From a virus (Duplodnaviria > Caudoviricetes), in IMG/VR virus record IMGVR_UViG_2974506496_000001, positions 32,001 to 96,000 of that record: 64,000 bases of DNA. One strand, 5' to 3'. Position numbers and translations under genes: made by a program. A model generated the notes under the pieces. That model did no database searches, was not told where the DNA came from, and saw nothing but the letters and a program-made list of their open reading frames with translations. Positions within the stretch are counted from its first letter, which is position 1. Each line of letters opens with the position of its first letter. Shown here one piece after another: positions 19,527 through 28,941 of the stretch.

Positions 19527-20290
19527 ATCTTTATCTCGTCTCTGACAGTCGTTATACCCCACCGGGTGATTTCTACAACAACTGGTTAGTCCACGCTAAT
19601 AGTCGTGACAGTGCCGCGATGTTGTGTAATTCACGTTGTCTGGTTGATACCTTTGAGATTGGTAGCCTGAACTACAACAACGGCGAACTGATCATGATGC
19701 ACAAGACCGTCCAGCACACGGATGAACCGCGTCTGAAGCAGAAGGTTGGGGATGCACTGTATTATCCTTTAACGGTATCACCTGACAGCAGTGCCTTTGA
19801 CCGTATCATTGGTGAGATCGTGAACAAAGCCGCCTCTCCGTTACCGGAAGGTGTCTCTGTCGATCGCCTTCTCATCAATGCTGACAGTCCTGAAGCGCTG
19901 TTCTTTATCTCGCGCCATGACTTTGGTGCATCACGTTGTTACTACAAGATCCCCAGTGAACTCGACAGCCAAATCTCTAAACTGCTGGACTTCAATAAAG
20001 GTGAGCGTATTCCCCGTACGTCTCACGAACCGGTTGTGCTCTCCTGGCGTAGTCGTCTCTCCCTCATGATCGCGCGTCAGCATGATGATGCGTACAACCA
20101 TGAGAAGCTGGAGATCTACCGTAAAATGGCATTTGATCTGGTAGCTACCGCTACCGTCGAGGATAGCGCCACGCCTGTTGCCCTCGACCCTGATCAACCG
20201 GACTTCAAAGTCTGGATGCCGGGAATTGATGAAGAGAAGATCCATCAAGCGCTGGATACGTTAGGTGCGCCACGTCAGTTAGGGGAATAG
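19523..20290 (+). CDS. hypothetical protein
   Basis: N-terminal MNLYLV..Y.....V.A.S shared with 49570. Confidence 0.75.
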   Translation: MNLYLVSDSRYTPPGDFYNNWLVHANSRDSAAMLCNSRCLVDTFEIGSLNYNNGELIMMHKTVQHTDEPRLKQKVGDALYYPLTVSPDSSAFDRIIGEIVNKAASPLPEGVSVDRLLINADSPEALFFISRHDFGASRCYYKIPSELDSQISKLLDFNKGERIPRTSHEPVVLSWRSRLSLMIARQHDDAYNHEKLEIYRKMAFDLVATATVEDSATPVALDPDQPDFKVWMPGIDEEKIHQALDTLGAPRQLGE

Positions 20291-20477
20291 CCTATTATAT
20301 AGGTTGTAACTCAATGGGATGGTGATCTTTTATCTTCCGCGGGTGAGGGTTAGAACCCGGCTGTGGCCGCATAGCCAAAGTCGGTTAATCAAAGTCGACG
20401 GATTTGGATTACCCGGCGTGACTTGTCATTGTTTCACTTTGTTCTACTACACAAACAGCTCAACTCTCTCATAATTC

Positions 20478-20508
20478 AAGGGGTGGGGTAACTCACCCCT
20501 TTATGCCG
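20478..20508 (+). terminator. hairpin + TATGCCG element
   Basis: AAGGGGTGGG-GTAA-CTCACCCCTT. Confidence 0.8.
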
Positions 20509-20523
20509 CAAGGATCTATTATC

Positions 20524-20856
20524 ATGCAGGAATTCTTCAAAAGCTACGGCACGTACTTCTTTGATGTACTCATGTTTATCATGGTGTTCGCCTGGTGTTT
20601 CTGTGGCAGTGGCGGTACACGTCATGACAAAAACAAATGGTTGCGTTACGGCGCACCTGTTGCATTTGGTCTTTTTGTTGTGCTGGTCGTCCACGGGTTT
20701 GGTGCATTTGATCGTTATCTGGAAAGGAATAAGTGCGCTGACTTACCAATAGGTGTCGGTGTAATGATTGAAGACCGCTGCTACAAGCGCGTTGATGGAC
20801 CCGTGTACATATCCGCCGACAGTACCGTGTACAAGGAGAGCAATGTACATGACTGA
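20524..20856 (+). CDS. small membrane protein
   Basis: Two TM segments; AAGGA SD. Confidence 0.7.
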   Translation: MQEFFKSYGTYFFDVLMFIMVFAWCFCGSGGTRHDKNKWLRYGAPVAFGLFVVLVVHGFGAFDRYLERNKCADLPIGVGVMIEDRCYKRVDGPVYISADSTVYKESNVHD

Positions 20857-21052
20857 TTTGTGGTTGTACATTGCAATCTTTCTGCTCTGTTATATCTGGG
20901 CATTCTTCGGTCTTCCACCTACCGGTAATAAAAGAAAGCTTTATCTGTATCCGGGAATCGTTGCAGTAGCGTTCTGTTTAGGTGTAATGGCGATTAAGAA
21001 CTGCAGTGATTCAACCACACAATATCAACCGCTGTACAACGTGCATCAATAA
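20849..21052 (+). CDS. small membrane protein
   Basis: Two TM segments; AAGGAG SD; architecture like the upstream gene. Confidence 0.65.
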   Translation: MTDLWLYIAIFLLCYIWAFFGLPPTGNKRKLYLYPGIVAVAFCLGVMAIKNCSDSTTQYQPLYNVHQ

Positions 21053-21053
21053 C

Positions 21054-21083
21054 GGGAGGAGGCTTTGGCCTCCTCTTATGCCG
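21054..21083 (+). terminator. hairpin + TATGCCG element
   Basis: GGGAGGAGGC-TTTG-GCCTCCTCT. Confidence 0.8.
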
Positions 21084-21153
21084 ACTATTCTTTTTTGGTT
21101 ATTTCCTACATCTACCCGCAAATCATTTAGCCCATTATACACTGGAGTTATTC

Positions 21154-21705
21154 ATGGAAAAGATTACGAGCGATACGATCCTTGCTAAGTTACGTGAGGT
21201 GGCAGAAACAAACAAAGAAAACCAACATCATAAACTCCGCTCAATAAGCCAAACCATGGCGTACAACATTGAAGCGATCGTCGAGCTGATTGCGTTATCG
21301 GGTGAGATGCACCTTGACCTGCTTGATCGACACAAGGTTGATGCGATCATAGAGCCGCATTACAAAGGCAATCAACGGGCTTATAGTCGATTGAGCCATA
21401 CCGCCTCTATTCATACGGGCATGGAATACCTTGCCGGCAACGCACACATCTATACCAACGACGACGGTAAAGAAGCGGTACGAATCATCTGCACCTTTAA
21501 ATTTAAGCGCGACTTCCTGCAACCTAGCTTATTACCTAAGGTACTTCACTACTGCCTGCGGGAGCTTAAGCCGCAACTTGCTGACAGTGGTGCTGTCCTC
21601 TTCCACACACAGGGTGAGCTGGAAGACCCTCGTCTTAAAGGCATTCCGGGCTGGCACGTCGACGCCAACGTCCGTGATAACTCCATTGTCATTACTTTAC
21701 GTTAA
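21154..21705 (+). CDS. hypothetical protein
   Basis: GGAG SD. Confidence 0.75.
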   Translation: MEKITSDTILAKLREVAETNKENQHHKLRSISQTMAYNIEAIVELIALSGEMHLDLLDRHKVDAIIEPHYKGNQRAYSRLSHTASIHTGMEYLAGNAHIYTNDDGKEAVRIICTFKFKRDFLQPSLLPKVLHYCLRELKPQLADSGAVLFHTQGELEDPRLKGIPGWHVDANVRDNSIVITLR

Positions 21706-21715
21706 GGAATCATAC

Positions 21716-22426
21716 ATGATCGTTGTTGTTGTTGATACTGAATCGACTGCCTTGGATGAACTCGCGGGTATTCTTAGTTTGTCCGCTATTCGCACTAACG
21801 TGGCTGACATGAGTTGCATCAAGCACCTGATCGGTGTGCACCAAGCCGGCAAGACGCATGACGACATCTTCCATGCCGTATTAAACCTCAATGAACAATA
21901 CGTGATGGGTCGTACCTTCTTGCAAAGCACGCAGGATTGGTGGATGAAGAAAACCACCCCGGCGGCGAAGGCTTCAGTAACCGGACCAACGCAGTCTGCA
22001 AAAGATGCTTTGACAGCATTTGTGGCTTTCATCGAAAAGGCCATTGAGGCGACGATTAACGAACGCGGGGAGAAAGCGAAGGTCCAGCTGTACTACCGTG
22101 GCGACTTCGATGCTAAAGCCATTGCGTCCCTGGCAAAAGCGGTGGGTGTTGAACTCCCGTATATCTTCAATCAGAACAAAGAGATCCGCACATATATCGA
22201 TGCCAAGCTGGACACGGATATCGGTTATATCCCGTGGCTCGGTTACCCAGAAGGACTGGGGCGTCATAGCTCACTCGATGATGTTCTAATCGATGGCTTC
22301 GAGATGGCGGTGGCCTATCGCATCAATCACCTCGAAAAGTTCGATAAAAAGTCGGTGCCGGGCGAGATCGCCAAACTGAAAGAAACGTACCCTGTTCCGG
22401 AGAAAACCCATGCAAAATCTAAATGA
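21716..22426 (+). CDS. DEDDh 3'-5' exonuclease (phage exoribonuclease-like)
   Basis: VDTES, T.DWW, RGDFD, EIRT, HSSLDD motifs. Confidence 0.8.
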   Translation: MIVVVVDTESTALDELAGILSLSAIRTNVADMSCIKHLIGVHQAGKTHDDIFHAVLNLNEQYVMGRTFLQSTQDWWMKKTTPAAKASVTGPTQSAKDALTAFVAFIEKAIEATINERGEKAKVQLYYRGDFDAKAIASLAKAVGVELPYIFNQNKEIRTYIDAKLDTDIGYIPWLGYPEGLGRHSSLDDVLIDGFEMAVAYRINHLEKFDKKSVPGEIAKLKETYPVPEKTHAKSK

Positions 22427-23132
22427 CCGTATCTTTGCCAATTATGATGGTTACATTGAAGCTATTGATGCGCATTTTAAACCTACCTATCAACTGCAGC
22501 TGGCTGAGCAAGTCATCCCGGGTGAGCAGATGGATAAGCTTGTAACCTGGATGGACCACAACGCCCATGTCAAGGGTGCAACCGTCTACCTGATGGAGTT
22601 GGTGCCTGATCTCGATAAACCGCATCCTGCACAATCAGAGATGCGTGTGTTTATTGCACTCGGTATGTTTAATCGTGAAGTCAACCCTGATTTGCCTTAC
22701 TGGTGTCATGTACATCGCCATTACCCGGTTAACCTCGCTGTCGACTTGATTGTTACTGACCTGCAAGGCGTTCCTGTAACCCATGCCGTTCTGACTGCGT
22801 TTAAGTCATTTGATCGAGCGCGTACCTACAGGGATAATCTCGGCGGTAAAGGCGGGCATCAACCGCATCACGAAATCCATACTGGCATTATTGACCAAAG
22901 TGGTAAGGTGATCTTCGAAGCCTACGGGAATATCAACTGGCATACCAAGAATGCCATTCGTCTGCTGGCCGAACGACAGATCCTGCAGGAAGATACCGAG
23001 TTGTCAGCGGTGTGGTTACTGGCGGGTTTAAAAGCAGGTGTCAACTGGAAAGTCGAAGACCATGTTGACATCATGAAAGCAATTGATACTTTCCGTCCGA
23101 GGAATACCCATGATTTTAACGGCTATGTTTAA
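22410..23132 (+). CDS. hypothetical protein
   Basis: GGAG SD, overlaps upstream gene end. Confidence 0.75.
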   Translation: MQNLNDRIFANYDGYIEAIDAHFKPTYQLQLAEQVIPGEQMDKLVTWMDHNAHVKGATVYLMELVPDLDKPHPAQSEMRVFIALGMFNREVNPDLPYWCHVHRHYPVNLAVDLIVTDLQGVPVTHAVLTAFKSFDRARTYRDNLGGKGGHQPHHEIHTGIIDQSGKVIFEAYGNINWHTKNAIRLLAERQILQEDTELSAVWLLAGLKAGVNWKVEDHVDIMKAIDTFRPRNTHDFNGYV

Positions 23133-23874
23133 GAAGTGCTTTGGTGCTTCATCTGTCTATAAAGAAGATGACGGCAGCACGCGTATTACCGCCGACCAGT
23201 ATGAGCTTACGCTGGGGCGATCCTACAACCCTAAGCTTAAGCGTAAGGTAGGTCGGGGATTTGGCTTCTATGTCGAAAATGGTGAGAAGCTCGAGTTCGT
23301 CCTGCGGGGTTACTGGTTTGTGTTGATTGCCTGGAGCAAGAAGCGCAAATCACTCAAGTGGGACGAAGTGGAGAATGCACCGACCTACGGCTTCAATGTT
23401 GTCGACTCTGACTTAGCGATCTATCTGGGCAACGAATCCGCTAAGTCAGACAAACACATCAGCATGCGTAGTCGCAGCAAATACATCCCCCTGCCTTGGG
23501 CCTGGGTCTTCCATAAGCGTGAAGTGTTAACCACCCGTGACACCTGGGCTGATGTCAAAGAAGGTGCGCTGTCTCAAGAGTGGTCGTTCCCCGCCACATA
23601 CATCACCAAGCACAATGAAGTGCAAGAGTTGATGGTCGAAGCGAAGATGGAGCGCATGAGTTGGCGCCTGGCATGGCTGCCTTGGTTCGCGCCGGTTAGC
23701 AAGAAAGACCGCTCGGTAAGTTACAAGTACCACGGGAACGGCGGTAACGGAGTTGGTCACGATGCCAGTGGGTGGAAAGGCGGGGTCATCGGCGGTGGCA
23801 TTATCATGCGGGACAATGAACACAACCCGAAAGAAACATTCGACCGTTTAATTAAAGAGCAGCATTACGGCTAA
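23125..23874 (+). CDS. hypothetical protein
   Basis: ORF in gene run. Confidence 0.75.
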   Translation: MFKKCFGASSVYKEDDGSTRITADQYELTLGRSYNPKLKRKVGRGFGFYVENGEKLEFVLRGYWFVLIAWSKKRKSLKWDEVENAPTYGFNVVDSDLAIYLGNESAKSDKHISMRSRSKYIPLPWAWVFHKREVLTTRDTWADVKEGALSQEWSFPATYITKHNEVQELMVEAKMERMSWRLAWLPWFAPVSKKDRSVSYKYHGNGGNGVGHDASGWKGGVIGGGIIMRDNEHNPKETFDRLIKEQHYG

Positions 23875-23886
23875 GAAGGAAAGCAC

Positions 23887-25038
23887 ATGCGTCAGTATTT
23901 GGATGGGATTCGTTACATCTTTGAGAACGGGTCACAACGAGGGGATCGCACCGGGGTAGGTACGTTGTCGGTGTTCTCGATGAAGCAGACTTATGATCTG
24001 CGTCTGGGATTCCCACTGGTCACCAGTAAGAAAGTGCGTATCGATTTTATTATCGAAGAGCTCATCTCTTTCCTGTCGGGTAATCCCGATATGCCGGGTG
24101 TGGGTATCTGGGATGATTGGCGTGTCAAAGACGAAGTCTCTCGTGAAGTCCCGTTAGAGAACCACGAGCGTTTAAAACTCTGGGTTGAGAAGTCGGACCT
24201 GAAGTATAACGTTGCTTACCTTCAACTCAATGCGATGGGTTCTGTCGAAGCGGGTCATCGTTTCCTGGATGAGCAAGGGATTCCACGTAACAGAAAAGAA
24301 GTACTGGTAGCAGAAGGTGCACTCAATGCACCCTATGGGCCAGCGTGGCGTGCGTGGAAAGGTCGTCAGGGCGAAGTGCATGATCAGATCAGTTATCTGC
24401 TCAAGCTGCTTAAAAACAATCCTACGAGCCGTCGTATGCTATTGTCTGCCTGGGACCCGGCGAATATGCCGGATGAGTCTATCAGTCCGCAGGATAACAT
24501 CATTGATGGCAAGCCACCTCTGACTCCGTGTCATTGGGCGTTTGAGCTGTACACTGACGAAATCCTGGCAGAGGAACGCCTTGATTGGGTCGAAGCTAAT
24601 GCACCTAGTCTCTGGGAAGACTACAATGATCGTTCAGGACGTGGTCAGTGGTTAGGCGACACAGACAGTAAGCGCCTTCATGAATTCCTGGACGAAGCCG
24701 GCGTACCGAAGTATTACCTGGATCTGAAGTATCACCAACGTTCCTGTGACTATATGGTTGGCGTGCCGTATAACATCGCCAGCTATGCGGTGTTGCAGCA
24801 CATGTTCGCCGCCACCTGTAACATGATCCCGCGGATACTGGAAGCGGATATGACTAACATCCATATCTACAACTTCCACAAAACCAATGCGGTCATGCAG
24901 GCCAGTCGCAGCCCACGCGCACTACCCACTCTGAAGGTACTCGCCGCTCACGATAAGTTGGAAGACTATACGTTGGAAGACTTTGAACTCGAAGGTTATG
25001 ATCCGCATCCTTTTATTAAATATGAAAGAGCGGTCTGA
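23887..25038 (+). CDS. thyA: thymidylate synthase with two insertions
   Basis: DRTGVGT, FPLVTSKK, IWDDW, SRR, LTPCH, QRSCD..VGVPYNIASY, HIY. Confidence 0.96.
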   Translation: MRQYLDGIRYIFENGSQRGDRTGVGTLSVFSMKQTYDLRLGFPLVTSKKVRIDFIIEELISFLSGNPDMPGVGIWDDWRVKDEVSREVPLENHERLKLWVEKSDLKYNVAYLQLNAMGSVEAGHRFLDEQGIPRNRKEVLVAEGALNAPYGPAWRAWKGRQGEVHDQISYLLKLLKNNPTSRRMLLSAWDPANMPDESISPQDNIIDGKPPLTPCHWAFELYTDEILAEERLDWVEANAPSLWEDYNDRSGRGQWLGDTDSKRLHEFLDEAGVPKYYLDLKYHQRSCDYMVGVPYNIASYAVLQHMFAATCNMIPRILEADMTNIHIYNFHKTNAVMQASRSPRALPTLKVLAAHDKLEDYTLEDFELEGYDPHPFIKYERAV

Positions 25039-25070
25039 TCCACTGGTGCGTTGAAGGGAGCACAACGGTA

Positions 25071-25436
25071 ATGAAGAGAGAGTCCAGTTACACCCTGGTC
25101 TTTGGGGAAGGTAGTACTGAAGAAGATGTCAACACCCTGCGTGAGATGGTGTCACACATGCGGGGGTTGACTGGGTTGTCGCAGCTGGGGGCGTTTGAGG
25201 TGTTCGTTACCCATTATGAATTGCAACGTAAAGACGCAGGGCTAATCACCAGTAATCTTCCGGTGAATGCACAGTCGTTGTTTGATGTCAGTGATCGACA
25301 GAACTGGCTGACACCGCTGTTCACTTCCCGGGGGTTAGTGGCGTGTGATTTGTTGTTGTTACTGAAGCAAGGCAAATGGACCGGAGAACACCTCAAGGTG
25401 ACCTTTCGGGTAAAGGGTATCAGGGCGAAAGCATAA
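25071..25436 (+). CDS. hypothetical protein
   Basis: ORF with GGGAG SD. Confidence 0.7.
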   Translation: MKRESSYTLVFGEGSTEEDVNTLREMVSHMRGLTGLSQLGAFEVFVTHYELQRKDAGLITSNLPVNAQSLFDVSDRQNWLTPLFTSRGLVACDLLLLLKQGKWTGEHLKVTFRVKGIRAKA

Positions 25437-25437
25437 C

Positions 25438-25470
25438 GCATACGGAGGGGTCATTCCCTCCGCTATGCCG
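25438..25470 (+). terminator. GCATA-hairpin-CTATGCCG element
   Basis: CGGAGGG/CCCTCCG stem, extendable by GCATA/TATGC. Confidence 0.75.
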
Positions 25471-25509
25471 ATTAAGTTTTTAACAAAGTTTACTGCAGAT
25501 CTTTTCAGA

Positions 25510-25519
25510 CCTATATCAC
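25510..25519 (+). promoter_or_regulatory. putative early promoter variant CCTATATCAC
   Basis: Variant of recurrent motif with the same AGAC prefix and N4-GTGA suffix. Confidence 0.55.
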
Positions 25520-25568
25520 GTCGGTGAATAACCTTTCACTAATTAACCAATCCGTAAGGAGTTTTATC

Positions 25569-26945
25569 ATGGCTGCATTAAAATCTAAAGTTGAACTGTT
25601 TCACTGGTATCAGGAACTGAAAACTGAATTTAAAACCGGCAAGATTACCGTGTTCGAATTTGAGCGGCAAGTGCTCAGCGAAATTCTTTCCCTGACCGAT
25701 ACTGGTAAAACACCATCTACTGCCAAAATCAGTCTGGTAGTGGACATCCTTAATTCTGTGGTTTTTGATCATGTGTTTACCGCAGACGGTATCATTGACC
25801 TGGACAACATGCTCGCTCGTGAACACGTACGCAACATTTCGGAATTGACGGCAGCACGCAATAACTTTATTACCATACAAGCCCAGGCCCGTCTGAACAA
25901 AGAAAAGGAACAGACTGCGAAACCAGCAGAGCAGAAGGCGTTTGCCAAGTTTCCAACGAAAGAAGAGCTCGAATATTGGGTTAATGCCAGAAAGCTATTC
26001 CGTTATGGTAACCCCAATACGCTCGGCACTGAAGCATACCAGGAGGTTGTCAAATACTGGCATCTGGTCGATAAATATCTGGGTACATTAAAACTGGAAC
26101 TGGATCACACCGACCCTAACTACGTCGATAACATCCTGTTGATTGACTACTTTGTATCGTTGGTCGCCAAGCAAGAGGTTCCTGAGGAAGAACGCAGGCA
26201 TCTGAAAGACACACTTAGCAGTCTATATGCGTGCCCCATTAAAACCCCACACATCGATGCATTTGTCGAACGTGACCAACACCCCCTTCCAGTTAAGCCA
26301 AAACAACCACCCATCGCGCAACAAGCCATCGACCGCGCTATTGCCTGGCGTGAAGAGGAAACCAAAACAAACCATCAGCAAAAAGACATATTACGAGAAT
26401 TCGCCGATCAATACTGTCCGGTAATGGTGGCCAAGCAACATGCCACTCAGCAGTTGTTTGATTTCGTTGCTCGTGCGGTGAAACGTGTCTTGACCGCCAT
26501 TGCTCAGCCAAACAACCCGGAAGACGCCGAGATGCTGGCAAAAGGTCATGCCATCAACATTCTCAATGTTAAGCATGGTGTAATTGGTGTCAGTACCACG
26601 ATTACCAGAAACGGTCTGGTCAAGTTACGCATCTTCGCTGAACGTGAACTATGTAACGAGGACTACGGTATTCCGACTCTGTCGTATAATCAAGTCCGTC
26701 AATCACCTCATGCAACGTTCAGCATACCAATGCCGGCGCTGATAGATGGGTTCATTAACATGTGGGATATCCCTAATCAGGCCCCTCGCCATATGCATAA
26801 TAGCGTAGGCGGTATGTTGGGTAATCCCTATCCGTTACAGCAGCTTGATGGTTTGATGTCAGCTATTGCAAGAGAAGCAGCCGAGTACGGCGTTACGCCT
26901 ACTTATGGCATGATCGAAGACAGCCTTATCGTTGTGCTGCATTAA
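25569..26945 (+). CDS. hypothetical protein; N-terminal domain shared with 27009
   Basis: WY..LK....TG.I....E..V...L.SL in both. Confidence 0.8.
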   Translation: MAALKSKVELFHWYQELKTEFKTGKITVFEFERQVLSEILSLTDTGKTPSTAKISLVVDILNSVVFDHVFTADGIIDLDNMLAREHVRNISELTAARNNFITIQAQARLNKEKEQTAKPAEQKAFAKFPTKEELEYWVNARKLFRYGNPNTLGTEAYQEVVKYWHLVDKYLGTLKLELDHTDPNYVDNILLIDYFVSLVAKQEVPEEERRHLKDTLSSLYACPIKTPHIDAFVERDQHPLPVKPKQPPIAQQAIDRAIAWREEETKTNHQQKDILREFADQYCPVMVAKQHATQQLFDFVARAVKRVLTAIAQPNNPEDAEMLAKGHAINILNVKHGVIGVSTTITRNGLVKLRIFAERELCNEDYGIPTLSYNQVRQSPHATFSIPMPALIDGFINMWDIPNQAPRHMHNSVGGMLGNPYPLQQLDGLMSAIAREAAEYGVTPTYGMIEDSLIVVLH

Positions 26946-26952
26946 TTCACAC

Positions 26953-26982
26953 GGGGAGGTTTCCCTCCCCCTTTTATTTTTT
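26953..26982 (+). terminator. intrinsic terminator
   Basis: GGGGAGG/CCTCCCC plus T tract. Confidence 0.75.
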
Positions 26983-27008
26983 AATTAACCTACTGTGAGA
27001 ATTTAACC

Positions 27009-27710
27009 ATGAACAAAGAAACTTATACTACCTGGTACAATGGATTAAAAGAAAGATTGGCGACTGGGCACATTAATCAGGAACACTACGAGACACTTAT
27101 TGTTGACAATCTAAGTTCATTGATTACTCATTTCTTCAATAGTCGATACGACGATGGTCATATGTCTCTGGAGGAGCATTTTGCGTTAGTTAATCATTAT
27201 TTCGAACTGGTTGCTGATGCAGAAATATCAGAACGCAGTGCCATGCTCATGGTACGTTCTGTAGCTAGCAGTATTCAAAAGCTACCAGCGGCTAAAGCCT
27301 TCGCAGAGAAACATAACACTCCGGCGCCGTCAATTAAAGAAATTCTTGGTAGTCGACCTGGTTTACTGCGTAAGCATGCTGCCAGCACGACCGAGAAGAT
27401 GATAGGGTGTCCGGTGATCACCCAGGCCAACGAACCTGAGAACGAAGTAACCATTGACTTACCCTGGAAATTGGCATTGCACGTTTACAAAGGGTTCCTG
27501 GTAAAGGCGCTGATGTCAAAGCACGGATATAAATACAGTGATGCGTATAACTACATTACTGATCATCAGAACAAATACGACGAACTCTTGGCAGAAGTCC
27601 TCAACAACATTATTGCTAATGAGGAATCGCATCTGGTGTCGGTAGGTGGCGGCATCACTGCAGCGGGTACTGGTCTGGTGGTAAGCGGGATTATTAAGCC
27701 GGAGGAGTGA
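27009..27710 (+). CDS. protein containing an RNA polymerase beta'-like fragment
   Basis: aa ~108-206 parallels beta' region C/dock: G.LRK.....VIT...LPWKLALHVYK.FL...L. Confidence 0.55.
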   Translation: MNKETYTTWYNGLKERLATGHINQEHYETLIVDNLSSLITHFFNSRYDDGHMSLEEHFALVNHYFELVADAEISERSAMLMVRSVASSIQKLPAAKAFAEKHNTPAPSIKEILGSRPGLLRKHAASTTEKMIGCPVITQANEPENEVTIDLPWKLALHVYKGFLVKALMSKHGYKYSDAYNYITDHQNKYDELLAEVLNNIIANEESHLVSVGGGITAAGTGLVVSGIIKPEE

Positions 27711-28270
27711 TGAAAGGAGAGATAGAGACACGCTTCAGAAGACACTACGGCAACCACATTAAACGGGGTAGTGATATCGCAGTGCCTTTATACCACATTA
27801 GTCTACAGAATGACTTGGAGGGGCTATGGCGACCTAAAGCCCCTGACTCGCCATTTGATATTCCGAAGAAACCCAACATCATTACTGAAATGCCGCTCCC
27901 GCGTATCTGTGTAGCACCATCTATCGAACAGTGCTTCTGGGCAATCTATCCCAATATCTCTAAGCTCTTTGAAGAGGAAGAATACGCAGCGGTTTGTTTT
28001 GCGGTTTATCAACCGATTCTGCATGCCGGTATTGCTGTCGTGGATACCAGTACGTTAACGCAATGCCGACTAGTGCACGATGCACATATTACCGGCGAGC
28101 ATTGGTTACTTAGTGATACCACCATGTGTGTGATCGACTTTATTCAGGTTAATAACACCTCACACGGCGAGTTCGTAAAGTTCCATCCGTTTAATACCCC
28201 GGTTGGTAACGAATGGGAGCTCGCCCCTAAAAATGTTGTTTATCATTCACTTAAATTAACGGAGTTGTAA
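27707..28270 (+). CDS. putative ADP-ribosyltransferase-like protein
   Basis: LYHIS, RICVAPSI..C, VY.P, DA..TGEHW arrangement. Confidence 0.4.
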   Translation: MMKGEIETRFRRHYGNHIKRGSDIAVPLYHISLQNDLEGLWRPKAPDSPFDIPKKPNIITEMPLPRICVAPSIEQCFWAIYPNISKLFEEEEYAAVCFAVYQPILHAGIAVVDTSTLTQCRLVHDAHITGEHWLLSDTTMCVIDFIQVNNTSHGEFVKFHPFNTPVGNEWELAPKNVVYHSLKLTEL

Positions 28271-28274
28271 ATCC

Positions 28275-28919
28275 ATGGTAACTGCTAGAAAAGCTAATAA
28301 GACCTTAGGTGAGCACGCAGTGGCTCATGAGGCAGTAACACGCTTAGGTAGCAACAAGAAAGTCAAACCAGTTAAACCGCTTTGGACACTGGAGAACATC
28401 GAGGACAATCTGGTTGGTCAAGGCATCCTTGCCTACTTGAAACGCCACACGTCGTTATCGATCCGTGATATCAACACCGCGGCTAACCGCCTGACGAAGA
28501 TTGCTGATTCAGATATAAAGGAAGGGAAAGCGCGTGATTACGTGGCACGAGTTATTGGGTACAACAATTACGACGCTCTCAACGTCACCGTTCGTGCAGC
28601 GGTACCTGTGCGCAATCATGTACAACGTCGTAAAGCAAATCAGCCGGTCACAGAGTTGTTGATAGAAGACGAAGAACTGCCGCCGGTAACACGTACTGAA
28701 ATCAACCCCTTGGTGATGTTAGCCCTACAGCGTGAGATCTCTAAACGCGGCTTTCGTCTACTGGGTAAGAACTACCGGGCTTTCGTTAACAAGGATAACC
28801 CCGAGCACACCTTTACGTTGATGCAGGCGTATAACTACCTTGCCAAACAACTGGGTTATCCGGATTATCACTCTATGCCCCGTCAATACCCAATCATTAA
28901 CTTGCGCTACGTCGATTAA
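28275..28919 (+). CDS. hypothetical protein with a duplicated small helical domain
   Basis: ARDYVARVIGYNNYDAL and AYNYLAKQLGYPDYHSM. Confidence 0.7.
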   Translation: MVTARKANKTLGEHAVAHEAVTRLGSNKKVKPVKPLWTLENIEDNLVGQGILAYLKRHTSLSIRDINTAANRLTKIADSDIKEGKARDYVARVIGYNNYDALNVTVRAAVPVRNHVQRRKANQPVTELLIEDEELPPVTRTEINPLVMLALQREISKRGFRLLGKNYRAFVNKDNPEHTFTLMQAYNYLAKQLGYPDYHSMPRQYPIINLRYVD

Positions 28920-28941
28920 CCTATTGTAAGGAATAAAGAAC

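Noticed and set aside
20300-20380. tRNA gene (GGTTGTAACTCAATGG resembles a D-arm start)
   Set aside because: No TTCG(A)A T-loop, acceptor stem or CCA at the right spacing.
14077-20523. ORF-track starts at 14077, 17561 and 20503 (MPG, MPY, MPQ)
   Set aside because: These ATGs belong to the TTATGCC motif and lack an SD. Better SD-supported starts are 14128, 17579 and 20524.
23887-25038. dCMP hydroxymethylase or hypermodified-DNA enzyme
   Set aside because: It retains PYN (Asn, dUMP-specific), and no modification gene cluster is adjacent.
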